Shown here piece by piece: positions 59,159 through 64,000 of a DNA stretch of 64,000 bases (within the stretch, counting starts at the first letter, position 1; each line of letters begins with the position of its first letter). The notes beneath the pieces were generated by a model. That model was not told the origin of the DNA. It made no database searches and worked only from the letters and a program-made list of their open reading frames with translations. Source of the DNA: an uncultured cyanobacterium (lineage in GTDB: Bacteria; Cyanobacteriota; Cyanobacteriia; Phormidesmidales; Phormidesmidaceae). The DNA lies in assembly GCA_963793495.1 (NCBI GenBank), contig CAWCAI010000003.1:626124-690123 (forward strand), given 5' to 3'. A program made the translations under genes and the position numbers.

Positions 59159-60219
59159 GGACGTACATCCATCTGATGTGCCAGGCTCTCCTCGTGCCAG
59201 TCCAACGCATGAGATTCATTAGCAGGCACAACACTCACCACCGGCAAATCTGAGGGTGAGCGCATTGGGTGCCGCCGTCTACTAGCCGCTCGGATCGCAC
59301 CTTTTCTAAACCGAGTCTGAGCCTGCCCAGACGGCACACCAGAACGCAGTGCCGTCGCCCGAGAGGCCAGTAACTTGCGACCATTCGCCGCCGTTCGAAC
59401 CGGAGGCGCAATCTTAGAATGCCGTCGCCGTTTCTTGGCACGAAGCTCGGAAGGTGAATGGCGAGGCTCGAGAGTGAGCTTGTGGACCAGTGCTTTTCTA
59501 ACCGGACGAACAGAGTCAGCAGTGCTAACCGTTTCACGAGCGCTAACAACCTTACGACCGTTGGCTTTACTGCTGCTCGCCTTGGATGCTACCGCTTTAG
59601 GTCTGGCAGTCGTGTTTATAGTCAAACCACCACGAGCTTTGCGAACCCGAGCTCTAGCAGCTATCATCTTCATCGCCCGTCGCCTTGAAATGATAAAGCA
59701 GCCTACCGCACAAGCGCTAACTAGTAAGAACATCGGTAGGGCTAAAGTCAGCCCGCTATTGTTCGTCGCGCCAGTGGTTGTTGCGGTAGTACTCGCCGCA
59801 TCAGCATTCTCTACAGCGGTGCTTTCGCCGGATTCATTAGTATCAATTGCAGCGGGCGTCTCTGCTAACTGACTGGCATTGGCTACCGGGACATCGACAG
59901 TAGGTTCTGGTAAGGCCGTAGTCAGCTTTCTAGGGCTTAGCATGCCGCCTAGTGCCAACGTGCCAATTCCCATTGAAAATATCCAAAAGCCCAGCACTAG
60001 CACCCAAGGACGAACCAGCAATAGCGTCATTGCAATTCGAGGCGCACTCTTTCCTTTCTGGACGCGGGTGAATTTTTGGGTGCGGGCAAAGCGAGCCTTT
60101 TCCAAAGAAGACAGCTTTTTAGCGAGTTCTTTGAGAGGCTTGAGGCTCTGAAGCTTCACAGAGCTAAGTTTGGCTATCGGAAGCTTCATACTTTTCAATC
60201 TCTTTAGCTGCCAGGTCAT
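59140..60219 (-). CDS. Hypothetical two-TM protein with basic disordered tail (start uncertain)
   Basis: Two hydrophobic segments, K/R-rich tail, C-terminal VVPANESHALDW.E.SLAHQMD. Confidence 0.65.
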   Translation of the reverse strand: MTWQLKRLKSMKLPIAKLSSVKLQSLKPLKELAKKLSSLEKARFARTQKFTRVQKGKSAPRIAMTLLLVRPWVLVLGFWIFSMGIGTLALGGMLSPRKLTTALPEPTVDVPVANASQLAETPAAIDTNESGESTAVENADAASTTATTTGATNNSGLTLALPMFLLVSACAVGCFIISRRRAMKMIAARARVRKARGGLTINTTARPKAVASKASSSKANGRKVVSARETVSTADSVRPVRKALVHKLTLEPRHSPSELRAKKRRRHSKIAPPVRTAANGRKLLASRATALRSGVPSGQAQTRFRKGAIRAASRRRHPMRSPSDLPVVSVVPANESHALDWHEESLAHQMDVRPHRSAM

Positions 60220-60356
60220 CGTATAAAGAGTTCCTAATAAAGGGCCTCTTTTCCGAAAGTTATCGGAATTGTAGAGGCATATTGAACGGTTGGCTAGCTC
60301 TAATACAGGGTTTTCTTTGGAATAACATCAAAACCCGTTAAAACCGCTCCGTGAAA

Positions 60357-61235
60357 TTATCGGAGTTCTAACGCTGGCAGATACTCCCCAGGGTTTTGAG
60401 CAACCCACCCCGAAGGTGAATTGCGACGGACCTCAAAATATAGATAGGTAGGATCGCTACTCCCGACTTTTCCCACTGTTGTCCCGGTTGACACGCGCTG
60501 TCCTACAGAAACCGAAATCTCACTTAGATTGGCATATCTTGTTTGCAAGCCCTGTTCGTGGTTGATGACGAGCAGCCGCCCGTAGCCGTCTCGTTCCCCA
60601 ACAAAGGCCACAGTACCTGTACCTACAGCCTTTACTTCAGTAGGCAGGGGCACACCAAAGGCTAGGCCACTGTTGAAGACAACTTCGTCCCGGCTAGGAT
60701 GGGGCTGCCAGCCGTAGCTCAGTTGAATAGCAGCAGGCTGCGCTAAGGGATATCCAGGTAGCTGTGGCGCGATCGCATCACTATTGGCAATCGCCACGAT
60801 TCCACTAGCACTCGGAATAAAGACGCGATCAGGGACTTGACTAGCGCAGCCATTCACCTCGAATAAGAGGTCCGCGCGGCTGCTGTGTCGCTCGGCGAGA
60901 GTCTGCCAGCTATCTCCAGAAGCGGCAGCAACTACCTGACCATCAAAAGGGGGAATGACCACCTCATAGCCAGCGGGTACAGCAGCGCTTGCAAATGAAT
61001 TCAGTCCGCTGTTGAACCGGGAAAGGGTAGCTGAGCGCAGATTATAGCGGGTAGCGATAGTCTCTAGCGTCTCACCAGAAGTAGCCTGGTGACGCTCTAG
61101 TTGAGAGAGGGCTGCCGGACAGCTAGCGGCTGTAGCAGGCGAGGGGATCAAAGCGATCAACAGCGGCGCGATCGCAGTCAAAGAGGCAGTAGACAAAGAA
61201 GTAATAGGCAAAAAGATAGCAGGGAGATGCCGCAT
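60357..61235 (-). CDS. LysM + M23-fold protein, catalytically degenerate
   Basis: LysM-like ETLETIATRYN; M23 core GTVAFVGERDGYG, VSVGQRV; ATG 61235 followed by a signal peptide. Confidence 0.82.
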   Translation of the reverse strand: MRHLPAIFLPITSLSTASLTAIAPLLIALIPSPATAASCPAALSQLERHQATSGETLETIATRYNLRSATLSRFNSGLNSFASAAVPAGYEVVIPPFDGQVVAAASGDSWQTLAERHSSRADLLFEVNGCASQVPDRVFIPSASGIVAIANSDAIAPQLPGYPLAQPAAIQLSYGWQPHPSRDEVVFNSGLAFGVPLPTEVKAVGTGTVAFVGERDGYGRLLVINHEQGLQTRYANLSEISVSVGQRVSTGTTVGKVGSSDPTYLYFEVRRNSPSGWVAQNPGEYLPALELR

Positions 61236-61399
61236 AAACAGTTCAGTCAAACGCTGATAATAAACATAGGCGCTTTCTTCTTTTTGATGGTAGCTAATTC
61301 GAGTCGGTGAGTGGTCTTTAGAAGAGTTGACCGGCCATGGACCGATTGCAGAATCCATTGAGAGAGAAAGTTCATTTGCATTTTTCGCCTGGTCACCAC

Positions 61400-61427
61400 C
61401 AATATCAGGAAGTCAATATCAGGAAGT
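61400..61427. repeat. Perfect 14-nt tandem duplication in a divergent promoter region
   Basis: CAATATCAGGAAGT x2. Confidence 0.9.
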
Positions 61428-61543
61428 GTGAGCAGAAAATAAATATAGGCCACACACTGACGCTCAAAGCCAGCAGAACTCGTTAGAGTAGTGAAAGTGC
61501 TTTTAAGCTTTTGGCAGTCATTATTTTTATCTAAGGCGTAGAT

Positions 61544-62785
61544 ATGAGGATTTCTCCTAAACAGTTAGGGCTTGGTGGAATCCTAGTATTGCTGGGTACA
61601 GGCATAGGCTGGGTAGGCCACACCTACACTGCAGCTACAGGCTCTTTGCCTACTCAGCTTAGCGAGCGACCGCCGTCACCTACTGCCATTCAAACGGCTC
61701 AAGAGACTATCACACCAGCCCTTCTGCCTAATGCTCTACCGCTTGAATCCAACTTTATTGCCAGCGCTGTTGACCGAGTCGGGCCTAGCGTGGTCCGTAT
61801 TGATGCCTCTCGCTCGGTTAGCAGCCTCAGCGATCCTTTCGATCGTCGTCTATTCAAGCGATTCTTTGGTGAAGAGGACGACAGCAATTCTCAGGTACCT
61901 CGCCGCCCACAGATTCCAGAACGGCTAGAACAGGGAACGGGCTCTGGCTTTATTTTGAGTGCAGATGGCAAGCTGTTGACCAACGCTCACGTGATTGAAG
62001 ATGCTGACAAGGTAGAAGTCACCCTCAAGGACGGTCGAACATTCATCGGTGAGGTCGTCGGCGCAGATCCGGTCACAGACGTTGCAGTGATCAAAATTGA
62101 CGCGGAGAACCTGCCGATTGCACCTTTGGGAACGACGAAAGATCTATTGCCTGGGCAATGGGCGATCGCCATTGGCAATCCGCTCGGCCTAGACAATACG
62201 GTCACCGCAGGCATCATCAGCGCCCTAGATCGCTCAAGCACTCAAGTCGGCATCTCTGACAAGCGCGTTCAGTTTATTCAGACCGACGCAGCCATTAATC
62301 CGGGTAACTCTGGCGGTCCACTGCTTAATGCCAGCGGCGAAGTCATTGGGATGAACACCGCGATTCGAGCGAATGCGCAGGGACTAGGCTTTGCTATTCC
62401 GATTGAAACGGCTAAGCGAATTTCAGATCAGCTGTTTGAGACAGGTGAAGTGCAGCATCCCTATCTAGGAATTCAGATGGTGGATTTGAATGAGGAGATG
62501 CGCGATCGCCTCAACCAAGATGCGGAATTAGATGTCAACATCAAGGAAGACCAGGGTGTCGTAATCGTTCGAGTGATGCCTGATACTCCAGCTGAAATCG
62601 CTGGGCTAAGGCGAGGCGACCTGATCACCGAAGTCGGTGGCAATGTCGTAGAGAACGTCACCGATGTCCAGTCTCAAGTTGAAAATGGCGGGATTGATGA
62701 GGAGCTAGAAGTTAGTATTGTTCGCGCTGGAAAACCTCAAAGCATCAGCGTCAAGCCAACTGCCTTACCAGCAGATTTGCAGTAA
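61544..62785 (+). CDS. HtrA/Deg (HhoA/HhoB-like) serine protease with PDZ domain
   Basis: GTGSGF, TNAHV, DVAVIK, QTDAAINPGNSGGPL, C-terminal PDZ. Confidence 0.94.
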   Translation: MRISPKQLGLGGILVLLGTGIGWVGHTYTAATGSLPTQLSERPPSPTAIQTAQETITPALLPNALPLESNFIASAVDRVGPSVVRIDASRSVSSLSDPFDRRLFKRFFGEEDDSNSQVPRRPQIPERLEQGTGSGFILSADGKLLTNAHVIEDADKVEVTLKDGRTFIGEVVGADPVTDVAVIKIDAENLPIAPLGTTKDLLPGQWAIAIGNPLGLDNTVTAGIISALDRSSTQVGISDKRVQFIQTDAAINPGNSGGPLLNASGEVIGMNTAIRANAQGLGFAIPIETAKRISDQLFETGEVQHPYLGIQMVDLNEEMRDRLNQDAELDVNIKEDQGVVIVRVMPDTPAEIAGLRRGDLITEVGGNVVENVTDVQSQVENGGIDEELEVSIVRAGKPQSISVKPTALPADLQ

Positions 62786-62866
62786 GAGAGAGCTGCTTCA
62801 ACTTCGGCATAGATCGCTCGCACGTATCTGACACTTCACACCTAAGCGATCGTCTTCGTGCTTAGT

Positions 62867-63229
62867 TTAGTCTTCGGTCTCATCCACTGCATCCAAATCT
62901 AGACCTAAAGAACCAGACAGGTTAGCTTCTAGCTCCATCCGCTGCTCCATTTGCCGTAAGAAGTAGCCCGTCATCATAGCCGAAGCTAATAGACCCGCTA
63001 GGTTTTCTTTGTCAGTACTGACTTGTACATTGAAGCCATCCGTAGGCAGCACACCTACCAGTCCTTGAACGTTGTGAGAAATGATTTGCCGAATCTCACC
63101 GCTGACAGACTGCGCCACTCTGCTGAGCACTTCGGGAGGCTGATGCTGTAGATAATTCAGCAGCTCGTTCGTTTTACTATCTTCCGAGTTGAGATTGGTG
63201 AAGTCTGCGCTTTCGGGATTGAAAACCAT
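62867..63229 (-). CDS. DUF760 domain protein
   Basis: LLNYLQ...HNVQGLVG.LP...LAGLLASAMMTGYFLRQMEQRMELE. Confidence 0.9.
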   Translation of the reverse strand: MVFNPESADFTNLNSEDSKTNELLNYLQHQPPEVLSRVAQSVSGEIRQIISHNVQGLVGVLPTDGFNVQVSTDKENLAGLLASAMMTGYFLRQMEQRMELEANLSGSLGLDLDAVDETED

Positions 63230-63399
63230 AGAGATGATGAATAACTGACCTTAGCCTAGTCATGGAAGCCGTTCTTAGGATTGGTATGTTCCCCCAAAAA
63301 GGTACCCTTCGTCAGAGCTTCTGTAAATTATTAAGAAAGTCTGTGTTTGTAGACTGGCTACACACAGCTTAGCGAATAACACTACGCATCGACAGTCTC

Positions 63400-64000
63400 T
63401 CAAATTTCTGTAGCGATCTGTTCAGGAGGCGTCTCCTCTATAGGCGTCGCTTCTGGCATAACTTCTAAAGAAATATCACTATCGTTAATCTCTTCACCGG
63501 CACCAGCATCTTTGTTTACCTTGTGCTTTGGCAGTCGCAGCGTAGAAATCTGAGGCAGTTTGTCAATTTCAAAGTGCTGGTAGAATTTCTCGCTCACCTG
63601 TAGCCAAGAGGATCGGCCATCTGCCTGACGCCTTTTTTTTACAAAGCCTTGATCGACTAAATCTGGCACGTGCTGATACACGCCTGAGCCTCGAAGCTCG
63701 ACTAGTTCGCTCTGGGCAATCGGTCCCCGTAGGGCGATCGCAGCTAGCGTTCGCAGCGCTCCTAGTCCAATATCTAGAGGCACAATCGTATCTACCAGCG
63801 GCTTGTACACTTCTCGCAGCTGTAGCGCGTAGCCCTCCTCGGTTTCTGCGATTTCTAACGCTCCTTCACGATGGGCATATTCGCTCATAAGCGCAATCAA
63901 ACCTTCTTCTGCGGTCTCGCGATCGCAATGCGCAAACTCGGCGATCTGGCTAATTTTCAAAGGCTGAGCCTTCAGATACAGAATTGCCTCGATCGTGCTG
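63400..64000 (-). CDS. scpB: SMC-Scp complex subunit ScpB (5' end outside window)
   Basis: Frame open to the edge (STIEAILYLKAQPL); GYALQLR, LRTLAAIA..GPI.Q..L..LRG. Confidence 0.92.
   Translation of the reverse strand, partial: STIEAILYLKAQPLKISQIAEFAHCDRETAEEGLIALMSEYAHREGALEIAETEEGYALQLREVYKPLVDTIVPLDIGLGALRTLAAIALRGPIAQSELVELRGSGVYQHVPDLVDQGFVKKRRQADGRSSWLQVSEKFYQHFEIDKLPQISTLRLPKHKVNKDAGAGEEINDSDISLEVMPEATPIEETPPEQIATEI

Larger units (their letters stand above)
1..64000. repeat. HIP1 octamer GCGATCGC, dozens of dispersed copies
   Basis: Examples at 3679, 4105, 9903, 27056, 32825, 33266, 40138, 43068, 43095, 48684, 58559; not counted exhaustively. Confidence 0.95.

Noticed and set aside
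1-64000. The many 60-170 aa ORFs nested in or antisense to recognised genes (e.g. 5891-6175, 43368-43886, 44001-44414, 59375-59872)
   Set aside because: Shadow ORFs with no family motifs or RBS, fully overlapping well-supported genes.

Overview
Ordinary cyanobacterial core chromosome, densely peppered with the HIP1 palindrome GCGATCGC. The ADO N-terminus recalls Synechococcus sp. PCC 7335-like strains (recollection, not a search). The window carries about 60 CDS. These include the alkane cluster ado-aar-accA-SDR-folE, cytM/petG, apcF, glnN behind a textbook NtcA promoter, trpF, ilvD, cimA, mraY, murJ, mltG, ruvX, wecB, cobI, a PhnCDE-like ABC transporter, a CC-adding-type tRNA nucleotidyltransferase, an HtrA protease and scpB. 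tRNA-Phe(GAA) and tmRNA are present. Small accessory inserts lie after tRNA-Phe, between ilvD and cimA (toxin-antitoxin/PIN genes plus a structured-leader cassette) and after murJ (BrnT-type pair). No CRISPR array, rRNA, transposase or integrase was seen. Most interesting observations: (1) local G/T-to-C/A strand skew flips at HIP1 sites regardless of gene direction; (2) GSIII (glnN) sits in the apcF-adjacent position usually held by glnA; (3) a helically phased triad of DnaA-box-like motifs far from dnaA/dnaN; (4) a promoter + multi-hairpin leader + small ORF cassette; (5) a LysM-M23 protein that has lost all zinc ligands. All protein calls come from motif recognition by eye; no database was searched.
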